A DNA stretch of 64,000 bases, from the NCBI GenBank assembly GCA_964428725.1, contig CAYRYW010000002.1, forward strand, positions 27,733 through 91,732. The letters run 5' to 3'. Position 1 is the stretch's first letter. Each line of letters starts with the position of its first letter. Shown here in pieces: positions 54,711 through 63,758 of this stretch. The notes beneath the pieces were generated by a model. The model searched no databases and was not told where the DNA came from. It was given only the letters and a program-made list of their open reading frames with translations. This stretch comes from an uncultured Dehalococcoidales bacterium. GTDB taxonomy: Bacteria > Chloroflexota > Dehalococcoidia > E44-bin15. The translations under genes were made by a program, and so were the position numbers.

Positions 54711-55606
54711 TGAGCGAGAAGACTCTCAGGTATAGGCCGCCAAGGCTTTCCACAGAGTCTCCTGTGCCTGCGATCTTTATGACCCGCAAGCACATCAAGA
54801 TGTACAACGAGATGGTTAGCGATGCGCTGGACAGGGCTGACTGGGGGATGATGCTGTTCCTATTGGAAGTAGCGAATATCGTGAGGAGCAAGGTTCAGCA
54901 ACTGGCGCCAGATCTTCTTGTTGGAAAAGAAAAGGTTTCATACGCGGATGATCTTCGCATTGCCCTTCTCCATGTCGAGAAGAGCAACGTAGCCGTTGCG
55001 ATATATCTCGATTCCAGGTCGTTCAAGGTAAGCGAGAAGGACGTGGATAAACTCGCTTTGTTTTTTCAGCCCAAACATGGGTCGCCGGAGTGGGTTGACG
55101 TGCTGAGGCACTATGGTCCTTGGCCGTCCGACATGCTCCCGTTTTATGTTCCAGAGGGAAAGGCGCGGATTATCTCGCGCCGTGCTCGCGAGGATGAGAT
55201 TGGAGCACTGAAGAGACGGATACTGAAGCAGCGTAAAGCCATACAGAAGGCACTGAGGGCGACCAAGGCTCCGAGCTATGAAATCCAAGAAGACGGTTAC
55301 AACGCTACGTCTGGGAATGCCGTCGGGATTGTGGCTAGAGAAGACATGGGGTACAATGTGCTCAGGGCAGAGTTTGGGTACGACGGGGAGTCGCAAAATG
55401 CTCACTGGAGACCTGCTCTGAGGGCATTGGATGACGAAATCCCTGGCCTAATGAGAAAGTATATCGAGTATGTTGAAACCGGCAGAGAAAGCTCATTTAA
55501 CATACCCAGTGAAGTGCTGGAGATGACCAGTGCTGAATACAGAAAGGGCGATGCGTTTGCGAGAGCGCTTGCGCCGTATGCACCCACGGGGAAAGTTGGA
55601 GGATGA
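54710..55606 (+). CDS. hypothetical protein
   Basis: 298-aa ORF. Confidence 0.5.
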   Translation: MSEKTLRYRPPRLSTESPVPAIFMTRKHIKMYNEMVSDALDRADWGMMLFLLEVANIVRSKVQQLAPDLLVGKEKVSYADDLRIALLHVEKSNVAVAIYLDSRSFKVSEKDVDKLALFFQPKHGSPEWVDVLRHYGPWPSDMLPFYVPEGKARIISRRAREDEIGALKRRILKQRKAIQKALRATKAPSYEIQEDGYNATSGNAVGIVAREDMGYNVLRAEFGYDGESQNAHWRPALRALDDEIPGLMRKYIEYVETGRESSFNIPSEVLEMTSAEYRKGDAFARALAPYAPTGKVGG

Positions 55607-55607
55607 C

Positions 55608-55781
55608 ATGGAAGATAAGCTGAAGGAACTAAACGTAACGTTGAAGGATGTAGAGAACAACCTGATGAGTCGAAAGATTGAGCGCCAGGATGCGACGATC
55701 GACGACGCGTTGGAGATTATCAATATGGCCCAGGAAGCTGGAGCCATCGAAGTAGACGATTGCGCAGCGTGCGGAGACTGA
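55608..55781 (+). CDS. small acidic coiled-coil protein with C-terminal CAACGD
   Basis: GGAGG SD 5 nt before ATG 55608. Confidence 0.4.
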   Translation: MEDKLKELNVTLKDVENNLMSRKIERQDATIDDALEIINMAQEAGAIEVDDCAACGD

Positions 55782-55784
55782 ACT

Positions 55785-55801
55785 CGCGAACTTGAGTTCG
55801 C
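55785..55801 (+). repeat. palindromic hairpin motif copy 11/12
   Basis: CGCGAACTTGAGTTCGC 3 nt after stop. Confidence 0.7.
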
Positions 55802-55813
55802 AAGGGGCAGCAA

Positions 55814-56512
55814 ATGACAGTAATCGGAACAGCGGATATTCGAGACTGGGATGAAGGGTGTATGCAGACTCTCGGCGCCGAGATCACGACATATGTTGTG
55901 GACGGCGATACCCGGAATATTTACGCGTGCGATGTTCCGGGACTTGACTCTGGCTTCCCTGCCATAGATGGAAAAGTTCCGTGTCAATTTGTTGAGCCAG
56001 AGGGAGTGTATCAGCCGTACAGGGTTCCGTGTTTCCAGTTTAGGCGTTCTGATATGACTCCGGCGTTTGATCGCCACCCTTGGTATCAATGGGTTGCAAG
56101 AGGCCCTTCGAAGACAGCCAGGAAGGTCACTCTTGAAGACGGGACAGAGGGTTATACTGAGTATGAGAACCAATGGCGGGGTACTCCGTTTGACATATCT
56201 TACGAGTGCAGCGTCATTGCGAGGCGACAGCAGGACTCAACCCTTATGCTGACATATGCGCTTAGGCACTTTCTTCCGCCGAGCTTCATTTTCAAAATAA
56301 TTGACAGTCTAGGGGACGTGCGGGAATATGATGCTGTAGATGTGTCTATTACGAACGCTTCGGAGCTTGTCGATATTGCGGACAGAGTTGTTGCCTGGTC
56401 GGTGTCCTTTGTTGTTCGTGGCGAGGTTGATCTACATGACTCGCGTGAATTCCCGGCCATGTTGGAACCGAGGATTACGTATGAGCAATTCGTGATAGGC
56501 GAGGAGGATTAG
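55814..56512 (+). CDS. tail-module protein upstream of sheath (possible neck/tail-completion role)
   Basis: 232-aa ORF; position only. Confidence 0.45.
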   Translation: MTVIGTADIRDWDEGCMQTLGAEITTYVVDGDTRNIYACDVPGLDSGFPAIDGKVPCQFVEPEGVYQPYRVPCFQFRRSDMTPAFDRHPWYQWVARGPSKTARKVTLEDGTEGYTEYENQWRGTPFDISYECSVIARRQQDSTLMLTYALRHFLPPSFIFKIIDSLGDVREYDAVDVSITNASELVDIADRVVAWSVSFVVRGEVDLHDSREFPAMLEPRITYEQFVIGEED

Positions 56513-56514
56513 AA

Positions 56515-56952
56515 ATGCCGTGGTTTTACTATTCAGGAACTGTTTCGAGATCTATCCCTGTAAAAAAAGGTTTGAGCGTTGCGGTGCGGCCACATTCGAG
56601 GGTTGAGATTTTCGATGCTCAGGCTCGCGAAGTGCAGAGTTTGATCAAAAAAGGGCAGCTGAAGAGGACCGGCAAGCCCGCAGGCGTTGAGAGCACAATT
56701 AACGCTGAGACAGTGACAGGAAAAGACATTGAGAGTGTGACTCCTCGCTCGGCTATCGCTGATAGCTTTGCGGAAAAAGGAATCTCCACTGGTCCTGACA
56801 AGCCCCCTAAGAAGCTCAAGGGGGCTCCCGAGATGACATCTGCTGAAGTAGGATTAGCTGAGGGTGACAAGCCCGTGGTTGACGAGTTGAAAAGCGTTGA
56901 GAGCAAAAAAGAAAAACAAGGCAAAGGAAAAAGCAAAAAACGCGATGCGTAG
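56515..56952 (+). CDS. hypothetical protein with K-rich tail
   Basis: 145-aa ORF. Confidence 0.45.
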   Translation: MPWFYYSGTVSRSIPVKKGLSVAVRPHSRVEIFDAQAREVQSLIKKGQLKRTGKPAGVESTINAETVTGKDIESVTPRSAIADSFAEKGISTGPDKPPKKLKGAPEMTSAEVGLAEGDKPVVDELKSVESKKEKQGKGKSKKRDA

Positions 56953-56980
56953 GCGCTAAACTCGGCAAACGGAGCTAAAA

Positions 56981-59842
56981 ATGACAGATTACACGTACCC
57001 AGGGGTATATGTGCAGGAGCAGTCGAGCGGTCCAGGACCGATCACTGGCGTCTCCACATCGAACTTAGGATTGCTCGGTTGGACTAACAAGGGTCCAATC
57101 GACGAGCCTACACTGTGCACCAGCTTCTCTGATTTCAAGACGAAGTTCGGGACATTTACCGAAGACGGCCTAACGCCAACAATGGCGTATGCGTTCTTCC
57201 AAAACGGTGGGCAGCGTGCGTACGTCGTGCGTGCGGCTCCGTCCGATGCTGACGAGGCATACTACGACTACGAGTACACGATTCCCTCCGGGAGCGAAGA
57301 GGATCTTGGAAACACAGTCGAGGCGAGTGGCATTTACGAGCTTCAACTTGCACATCCCCCGGTTACGCCGGGTTCGGTGACGATTACCTTCGAGGGTACT
57401 CTCACCAATATCTTTACTGACCCAGGTTCGGACGGAGTGCTTGTCGCTTCTGGAACTGGCGCTGGCGGATCGGGATCTATCGATTACACCACTGGCGAAG
57501 TCAACATTACGCTGACCAACCCTGCTCAGTTCACAGGTAGCTCCTATCACATTGAGGCCGTGTACACTTATCGCGTGTTCCGCTTCCAGATGAAATGGCC
57601 TGGGGCTGCGGGGAATTATTACCGCGTAAGGATCACTCCTGGGTCTGATGACTACCAGGTGTCTGGACAGGCTGAGTGGACTCGGTTCAACGTGTTTGTT
57701 GACGAGGATATTGATGCCGGGGCAACTGGCATTTCCTCATGGGTGGTGGATGAGCAGTTTACCGACTTGGTATTCGACGATCCATCCGATCCGAACTACG
57801 TAGCCACGATTTTGAATGCTGATTACAATGGCTCGGATTTCTTCGAGGTCATTGGATACGGCAACGAAATGAACCCGACTGAGCTGGCTGGTGTTGCCAC
57901 GACAGCAGAGGATTTCTCTGCGACTATGGTACACAGTGACGACTCTTCGGTTGTCACTCCTGACCACTACAACACGAAGTGGAAGGGTTGGACTTACGAC
58001 CTAGCGAACGGAGCATATCCTGCGACGTTCACCGCCAGCTTCACATTTGAAGAGGGTGGGCCTCTCATGGCCAGAAGCGTTGCAGCGGCAGCTACTGCTA
58101 CTGTAGTGGGTCCAGATGTCTTCGATACGACATTGCTACCCATCACCGCTGGGACGGTTCGCATTAGCGCCAAGCTGACAGGTGACGGATTCGTAGACAT
58201 CGTGGACGACGGAGCCGGTAACCTCACAGAGGCAAAGACATCCACAGCCGTGGGTACAATCGATTACACAACCGGTGCCATTGCTGATACGGGTGCTGTA
58301 GCTAACCAACTCAACGTTGGCGGTGTTGGTCTTGCTGACACATTCGCAGTTGGCTCTGACATCCGCTGGTGCAGTGGGACTCAGATCGGAACCGGAGCAG
58401 CTGGTCCTGCGGCTGCGGCGGCTATCGTATCTCCTGGGACGGCTTCTGCTCCTGCGGCAATCACACCTGGCAGCGTTCGCATCTCTGCTACTCTGACTGG
58501 CGACGGAACGGTATCCATCGTTGATGACGGAGCGGGAAGTCTCTCTGAGTCGCTGACGAGCACTGTGGTTGGATCAATCGACTACACAACCGGAATCATC
58601 TCCGACACTGGCGCTACAGCGAATCAGCTGGACGTAGGCGGTGTTGGTCTTGCTGACACGTTCGTAGCGGGTTCTGCGATTTACTTGGAATGCCAGTACG
58701 CAGCCGTGGTCGACGTTTCTGATGATGGAGACGGATACCTCTCGCTGGCTACCACGCAGGCGACTGGTTATCCTCAGAAGTTCGTTCTTGATTCCAACGG
58801 GACCAACGAGATCGATTACACGACTGGCAACTTTACGTTGACCTGGTCGGTGAGTGGGAATCCTGCTCTCAGCATTTCCTCGGCGGTCACTCAGGTAGCC
58901 ACGTACTATACATACCCAAGCACAAGCATTGAAGGGGAGATGGCGCTGGGAAGCAACGGATCTGCGATGACGTCTTCGGACATCGTTGGAGCGTCCTTGG
59001 CTTCTGACCAGAAGGGCCTCTGGGCGTTTGGCAAGGTTGATGAGTTGATGCAGTTAGTTGCATCCGACTTCCAGACCGATGTCACTGTTGCCGACGCGCT
59101 AATCACCTATGCAGAATTGACACAGGACAAGTTCGTTATCCTGACAGTTCCTGCTGGACTGACTCCGCAAGAAGCTCTCACTTGGAAGAAATTCCAGTTG
59201 AACAAGTACACCTCCTACGCTGCTTTATACTACCCGCACATCAAGATCATCGATCCTGTGACGGATGTAGCGACAGACGTTCCTTGTGGTGGTCACGTAG
59301 CAGGCGTCTATGCGCGTACTGATACAGTCCGCAACGTAGGCAAGGCTCCTGCGGGCACCGACGACGGTCGTCTTAACTGGGCAATCGGCCTAGAGCAGGA
59401 TCTAACTCCTGAGCAAGTCGGAACGGTATATCCGAACCGAATCAACTGCTTGGTTCAATGGCCGCACACTGGTCGATGCGTATGGGGTGCTCGCACTCTA
59501 GACATCGCAGGCGGAGAATGGCCGTACATCCAGGGTCGTCGTTTGTTCATGTTCCTGAAGAAGTCCGTGTTCAACGCGACTCATGGTCATGTGTTCAAAA
59601 ACAACGGACCTCAGCTGTGGTCTGCCATCAGAACTCAGGTTTCCAGCTTCATGACAGGTTTGTTCCAGGCCGGTTATTTCGCGGGAACCACTCCGGACGA
59701 GTCGTTCTTCGTAGTATGCGACCGAACGAACAATCCTCAGAACACCGTGGATCAGGGCATTGTATTCTGTGACGTTGGTGCAGCTACCAACAAACCAGCA
59801 GAATATTTGGTATTTAGATTTTCCCAAAGAAGCCTAGCATAA
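56981..59842 (+). CDS. contractile tail sheath protein (953 aa, with internally duplicated insertion domain)
   Basis: N-terminus YTYPGVYVQEQ typical of sheath proteins; conserved C-terminal region; internal repeat 58150-58375 / 58465-58690. Confidence 0.75.
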   Translation: MTDYTYPGVYVQEQSSGPGPITGVSTSNLGLLGWTNKGPIDEPTLCTSFSDFKTKFGTFTEDGLTPTMAYAFFQNGGQRAYVVRAAPSDADEAYYDYEYTIPSGSEEDLGNTVEASGIYELQLAHPPVTPGSVTITFEGTLTNIFTDPGSDGVLVASGTGAGGSGSIDYTTGEVNITLTNPAQFTGSSYHIEAVYTYRVFRFQMKWPGAAGNYYRVRITPGSDDYQVSGQAEWTRFNVFVDEDIDAGATGISSWVVDEQFTDLVFDDPSDPNYVATILNADYNGSDFFEVIGYGNEMNPTELAGVATTAEDFSATMVHSDDSSVVTPDHYNTKWKGWTYDLANGAYPATFTASFTFEEGGPLMARSVAAAATATVVGPDVFDTTLLPITAGTVRISAKLTGDGFVDIVDDGAGNLTEAKTSTAVGTIDYTTGAIADTGAVANQLNVGGVGLADTFAVGSDIRWCSGTQIGTGAAGPAAAAAIVSPGTASAPAAITPGSVRISATLTGDGTVSIVDDGAGSLSESLTSTVVGSIDYTTGIISDTGATANQLDVGGVGLADTFVAGSAIYLECQYAAVVDVSDDGDGYLSLATTQATGYPQKFVLDSNGTNEIDYTTGNFTLTWSVSGNPALSISSAVTQVATYYTYPSTSIEGEMALGSNGSAMTSSDIVGASLASDQKGLWAFGKVDELMQLVASDFQTDVTVADALITYAELTQDKFVILTVPAGLTPQEALTWKKFQLNKYTSYAALYYPHIKIIDPVTDVATDVPCGGHVAGVYARTDTVRNVGKAPAGTDDGRLNWAIGLEQDLTPEQVGTVYPNRINCLVQWPHTGRCVWGARTLDIAGGEWPYIQGRRLFMFLKKSVFNATHGHVFKNNGPQLWSAIRTQVSSFMTGLFQAGYFAGTTPDESFFVVCDRTNNPQNTVDQGIVFCDVGAATNKPAEYLVFRFSQRSLA

Positions 59843-59866
59843 CCGAGGATTTTGACTGTGAATTGT

Positions 59867-59895
59867 TTGACACAGCATTCTGTTTCCAATAGAAG
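59867..59895 (+). promoter_or_regulatory. possible promoter TTGACA-N17-TAGAAG for endonuclease gene
   Basis: gtTTGACAcag... weak -10. Confidence 0.25.
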
Positions 59896-59920
59896 CGCAG
59901 CACATGTTGCTGTGAAAGAA

Positions 59921-60790
59921 ATGGAGACTAATATGGTGTTGTCAAGCGAGGAGCAGTTGGAAGTTGTTAGGCTGTACGAGGGTGACGATATGACGACGAA
60001 GGGCATTGCGAGCAGATTTGGTGTCTCTGATACCACTGTCCGCAATGTTCTCCGTAGTCATGGGATCACTCCTCACAGGGGGAGTAAGGCGATTTTGCCA
60101 GAGGCAGAGGATCGTATGATTTCTCTGTATGAATCTGGCCTCAATGTCCATGATGTCGCCAAGGGGTGCGGTGTTGTTCCGTCCACGGTTCTGAAGGTTC
60201 TGCGTCGCAGAGGGATCGAGCGTCGAGCGAATGTTAAGCGCAAGGTTCTTTCCGATGAGCAACGTTTGGAGCTTGCTCGTAAATACGCGGACGGATCTAC
60301 ATTTAGCGACTTAGAGAGTGAGTACAAGGTGTCTTGCTCGGTGGTCAAGAGTTGCTTGGATGAATTCAATGTTGAGCACCGAACCAGTGGCAGGGCCGGG
60401 TCGATTGAGTACATGGACACCCTTGGTCAAACGTGGATGTTCAAATCGACCTGGGAGCATCTTTACGCGCAGTGGCTGGACAAAGGGGGCTTCAGGTGGT
60501 CGTATGAGCCGCGCAGTTTCGATCTGAGCGAGCGACGGTGCTACACACCAGATTTCTCTGTGGTTGTCGATGGGTCTGTTGAATACCACGAGGTAAAGGG
60601 TTGGCTTAATGAAAAGGCAGAGGATCGCATGCGTGAGTTTGTGTCCATGTATCCGAGCGAGACGCTTGTTCTCGTTGGGCCTTCTGACATGGCGAGACTA
60701 GGATTGGTAGAAGAATGGTATCAGCGGCATTCGATGGCGGATGTCGTCGATGCTTTTAAGGCGTCCCTGGTAGCGAAGGAGGAGAGATGA
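59921..60790 (+). CDS. free-standing homing-endonuclease-like protein: 3 tandem HTH (NUMOD1-like) modules + PD-(D/E)xK nuclease domain
   Basis: Repeats EEQLEVVRLYEG..TKGIASRFGVSDTTVRNVLR x3; nuclease motifs E.L, YTPDF, VEYHEVKGW; start could be 59852 (TTG) or 59933. Confidence 0.55.
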   Translation: METNMVLSSEEQLEVVRLYEGDDMTTKGIASRFGVSDTTVRNVLRSHGITPHRGSKAILPEAEDRMISLYESGLNVHDVAKGCGVVPSTVLKVLRRRGIERRANVKRKVLSDEQRLELARKYADGSTFSDLESEYKVSCSVVKSCLDEFNVEHRTSGRAGSIEYMDTLGQTWMFKSTWEHLYAQWLDKGGFRWSYEPRSFDLSERRCYTPDFSVVVDGSVEYHEVKGWLNEKAEDRMREFVSMYPSETLVLVGPSDMARLGLVEEWYQRHSMADVVDAFKASLVAKEER

Positions 60791-61548
60791 GTACTGAAGT
60801 TATCCCAGCTGTGCAGGTGCACGAGGTCATAACCGGCGTGACATTAGGGGGAGATCCTCCAGATGTAGACGGCACGGACGAGACGCTCTACAGAGGGCGC
60901 ATCCAGGAATGGCTAGGCGCTTCGCAGGGCGGAGAATTCTCGGCTCCGGATGGCATAGGGATGCGAGTCTCTCAGGTCTTCTGGAACTTGGATTGTGCCA
61001 CTGACCCGGATGTCTCCATTTACTTGGTAGACGACGGTGGAATCGAATATCTCGTTAGTACGGAGAGTGCTCTTTCGGGGAGCTACATCCAGACAAACGG
61101 CGGGATACTCGTTCCTCCTTCGTTCAAGCTCCGGGTTAAGGCGAATGTGGCGATTGATTCAGCCACATCGGTAGCCTCTGAAGATACAGGGGTTACAGGG
61201 GATGGAACGACATCAGATTACAGCGTTCAGCTTGCTAATCGTCCTGTTACCACGTCGTCTGTTTCACTGGTCGCTGGTTCTGTCACTTTCACCGATAACG
61301 GCGCAGGCGTTCTAACGGGTGCAGGCGGCGGCGGCGGAACAGGGACTATCAACTATGTGACAGGGGCTGTTGAGATCACGGTGACTACACCTAGTGATTT
61401 CAATGGAACGAATGTGATTGCCACGTATGATTATGACAGCGTGGGTCGTGTGATGGTTTACACGGCGCAGGAATGGGGAACGTTGACAACTTCCTTGTTC
61501 GGCCAAATAGGAACACAAGTATTACCACCGGCCATGCAAAGATCGTAA
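60787..61548 (+). CDS. tail protein paralogous to sheath N-terminal insertion domain
   Basis: NRPVTTSSVSLVAG...DNGAGVLTGAGGGGGTGTINYVTGAVEITVTTPSDF parallels sheath HPPVTPGSVTITF...GSGSIDYTTGEVNITLTNPAQF. Confidence 0.5.
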   Translation: MSTEVIPAVQVHEVITGVTLGGDPPDVDGTDETLYRGRIQEWLGASQGGEFSAPDGIGMRVSQVFWNLDCATDPDVSIYLVDDGGIEYLVSTESALSGSYIQTNGGILVPPSFKLRVKANVAIDSATSVASEDTGVTGDGTTSDYSVQLANRPVTTSSVSLVAGSVTFTDNGAGVLTGAGGGGGTGTINYVTGAVEITVTTPSDFNGTNVIATYDYDSVGRVMVYTAQEWGTLTTSLFGQIGTQVLPPAMQRS

Positions 61549-61566
61549 GGCTGGAAGGAGAGAGTT

Positions 61567-62091
61567 ATGTCACGAGCAGCAGTCGATGATCTTATGCAAG
61601 GATTCCGGTTCCACGTTGTCGCTCAAACGGCAGGCGGAGAGAATCCCCTTGAGTATGCTCGCCAGGGTGAATACCAGGGCGGTGGGCAAGCCGGTTTCAC
61701 GTCGGCAACTCTTCCTGAGCTATCGGTAGAGGTCGCTGAGTACAGAGAAGGCACATTCCAGTGGACTCAGAAGTACGCTGGCGTTCCTACTGTCTCCGAC
61801 GTCTCCTTGATGCGTGGTGTTGCGAAGCAGGATACTGCATTCTTGGACTGGGTAAGAGCCTCAGTTGATGGAGAAGAGTATCGTTGCGACGTAACCATTT
61901 ACCACTACCAACGCACAGAGATGGGTCAAGCAAGCCAGTCTGAGGTTGGAGACGACATCCGTCGCGTGGAATGCAAAAACTGTGTTCCTATTCGTGGTAA
62001 AGCGGCTGGCGATTTCGATTCAACATCTTCCGAAGTCTCTGTTTCTGAAGTTGACTTCGCGTTGGAATCTTTCGAGATCAAAACTTCGTAG
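61567..62091 (+). CDS. tail tube protein
   Basis: 174 aa; N-term LMQGFRFHV; directly after sheath module; paralogous to exteins of next gene. Confidence 0.6.
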   Translation: MSRAAVDDLMQGFRFHVVAQTAGGENPLEYARQGEYQGGGQAGFTSATLPELSVEVAEYREGTFQWTQKYAGVPTVSDVSLMRGVAKQDTAFLDWVRASVDGEEYRCDVTIYHYQRTEMGQASQSEVGDDIRRVECKNCVPIRGKAAGDFDSTSSEVSVSEVDFALESFEIKTS

Positions 62092-62108
62092 AGAGGTGGT
62101 GACGCTCA

Positions 62109-63686
62109 ATGGCCAGGAGTCGCACAGAAGATCTGATGTTAACGCATCGTTTCTGGCTAATGGACGTCGTCCCTAGCGCTACGTTTCCCTTCCTTGTTTT
62201 AGGTACGCCCTTCATGGGTTTCCAGTCGATCACCTCTCCTGAGTACACGGCAGAAATGGTCGAGATCAAAGAGTTGAACTCGATGTACAAGAAGTACGGG
62301 TACGGGGGAGGCTCGGTCTCCCCTATTACTCTTACTCGTGGCGTGCGCGGATACGACGAAACAATGTGGAACTGGATGCAGACGGCTATTCGTGGAAATG
62401 ATATGACGAATCGCCATCTCGTCCTTCTCCATTTCACAAACATGGCCATGCCGGTAGGTGGAGATAGCGATCTCCCGTTTGACGCTTGGGAGACCAGGCC
62501 GTTTTTGCCGGGCAAGGCATGGCTTCTGTGGGATTGCTTAGATGAGGACACTGAGATCCTGACAAGCAAAGGATGGAGGGGAAGCGATGGTGTTAAGGAG
62601 GGCGATCTTGTTTACTCGATGAATGTCGAGACGGAGAAGCTGGAAACAGTCCCAGTTGATGGGTATGTGAAGCGTAGAAGGGCGCCTGATGATGACATGG
62701 TTTCTGTAGCAGGACGACGTTTTAACTTCAGGGTTACGGGTAAACACGGGTTCTACCTCAAGCCTTCCAATGGTGGCGCCATGGTTCGGCATCAGGCTGC
62801 GGATCTTTTGTCGTTAAAAGGAGAGCACTTGATGCCCGTTGCTTCTCGCATGTCTAGCGAACACAAGGGTGTCGATTTGACCGACGATGAGCTTCGTTTT
62901 GTCGCGTGGTTTGTAACGGATGGTCACCTCAAGGAAGGCCAGAGGCTGATCATATCCCAAGCCAAAGAATACCGTAACGACATTAGGGATCTTCTGAGTA
63001 GGATAGGCTTGCACTTCACGGAGCGGGTTATTGAGCGATCCGTGGATGATGGTTCGTATGCGAATGGCAAGCCTCTTCACGAGTTTGGCGTCCCCAAGGG
63101 AACGGGGGGCAAGGGCCTGTCCGGGTGGAGTAGGTACAGCGAGTATCTTGACAAGGATATTTCTGAATTGCTTCACGACATGACCCGTGATCAGTTTATG
63201 GTTTTCTGGAAAGAGCTTGTAAAAGGAAATGGCTTCTTCCTGAATGAAGAAGATGACGATTGGATAAACAATTCTCAGTTGTGGTGTCCCTCCAAGGAGC
63301 AGGCTGACGCCCTTGTGTGGATGGCGACGGTGCGCGGAGTAGCGCTTAGCTGCTATGAGCGGGAGACAGAAAATGGGCATGCTATGTATTGCCTTACGGC
63401 ACGGGACAAAGAGTGGATAATTGTTCGCCCTGGACGCATGGCGGAAAGAGAAAAGCCCCTTATCAAAGAGAGGGTTTTTGTAGATGAATTCGTATGGTGC
63501 GTATCGAATAGGAATCGCAGTATCGTAACAAGAAGAGGCGGAAAGGTCGCTATCATGGGTAATTGCCTCCCGACTCGGTACAAGGCGGCGTCAGACTTCG
63601 ACGCAACCAGTTCGAGCGTCAGTATCTCGGAGCTAGAGATACAACCCCAAGCGGTCACAGAAATGACCCTGCTGGATCCGACGTAG
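62109..63686 (+). CDS. tail tube protein paralog precursor with intein
   Basis: Exteins LMLTHRFWLMDV... and CLPTRYKAASDFDATSSSVSISELE parallel 61567 protein. Confidence 0.65.
   Translation: MARSRTEDLMLTHRFWLMDVVPSATFPFLVLGTPFMGFQSITSPEYTAEMVEIKELNSMYKKYGYGGGSVSPITLTRGVRGYDETMWNWMQTAIRGNDMTNRHLVLLHFTNMAMPVGGDSDLPFDAWETRPFLPGKAWLLWDCLDEDTEILTSKGWRGSDGVKEGDLVYSMNVETEKLETVPVDGYVKRRRAPDDDMVSVAGRRFNFRVTGKHGFYLKPSNGGAMVRHQAADLLSLKGEHLMPVASRMSSEHKGVDLTDDELRFVAWFVTDGHLKEGQRLIISQAKEYRNDIRDLLSRIGLHFTERVIERSVDDGSYANGKPLHEFGVPKGTGGKGLSGWSRYSEYLDKDISELLHDMTRDQFMVFWKELVKGNGFFLNEEDDDWINNSQLWCPSKEQADALVWMATVRGVALSCYERETENGHAMYCLTARDKEWIIVRPGRMAEREKPLIKERVFVDEFVWCVSNRNRSIVTRRGGKVAIMGNCLPTRYKAASDFDATSSSVSISELEIQPQAVTEMTLLDPT
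62535..63563 (+). mobile_element. intein (343 aa) in tail tube paralog, LAGLIDADG-type
   Basis: CLDEDTEILT (block A), RVTGKHGFYL (block B), FVAWFVTDGHL and FWKELVKGNGFF dodecapeptide motifs, C-term FVWCVSNRNRSIV...VAIMGN|C (penultimate Gly). Confidence 0.65.
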
Positions 63687-63691
63687 AAGTG

Positions 63692-63720
63692 TTGACAAAC
63701 AACCCTAAAGGGGTTAAAGA
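63692..63720 (+). promoter_or_regulatory. sigma70-like promoter TTGACA-N17-TAAAGA
   Basis: gtgTTGACAaac ... gggtTAAAGA, followed by hairpin motif then gene. Confidence 0.35.
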
Positions 63721-63728
63721 ACTAGTAC

Positions 63729-63744
63729 ACGAACTTGAGTTCGT
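63729..63744 (+). repeat. palindromic hairpin motif copy 12/12
   Basis: ACGAACTTGAGTTCGT between promoter and AAGGAG SD. Confidence 0.65.
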
Positions 63745-63758
63745 TAAGGAGTGTTGAG

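Noticed and set aside
63698-63714. Small AACCC-taaag-GGGTT hairpin inside the 63692 promoter spacer
   Set aside because: Only 5 bp stem, and it lies within a promoter spacer. Likely coincidental.
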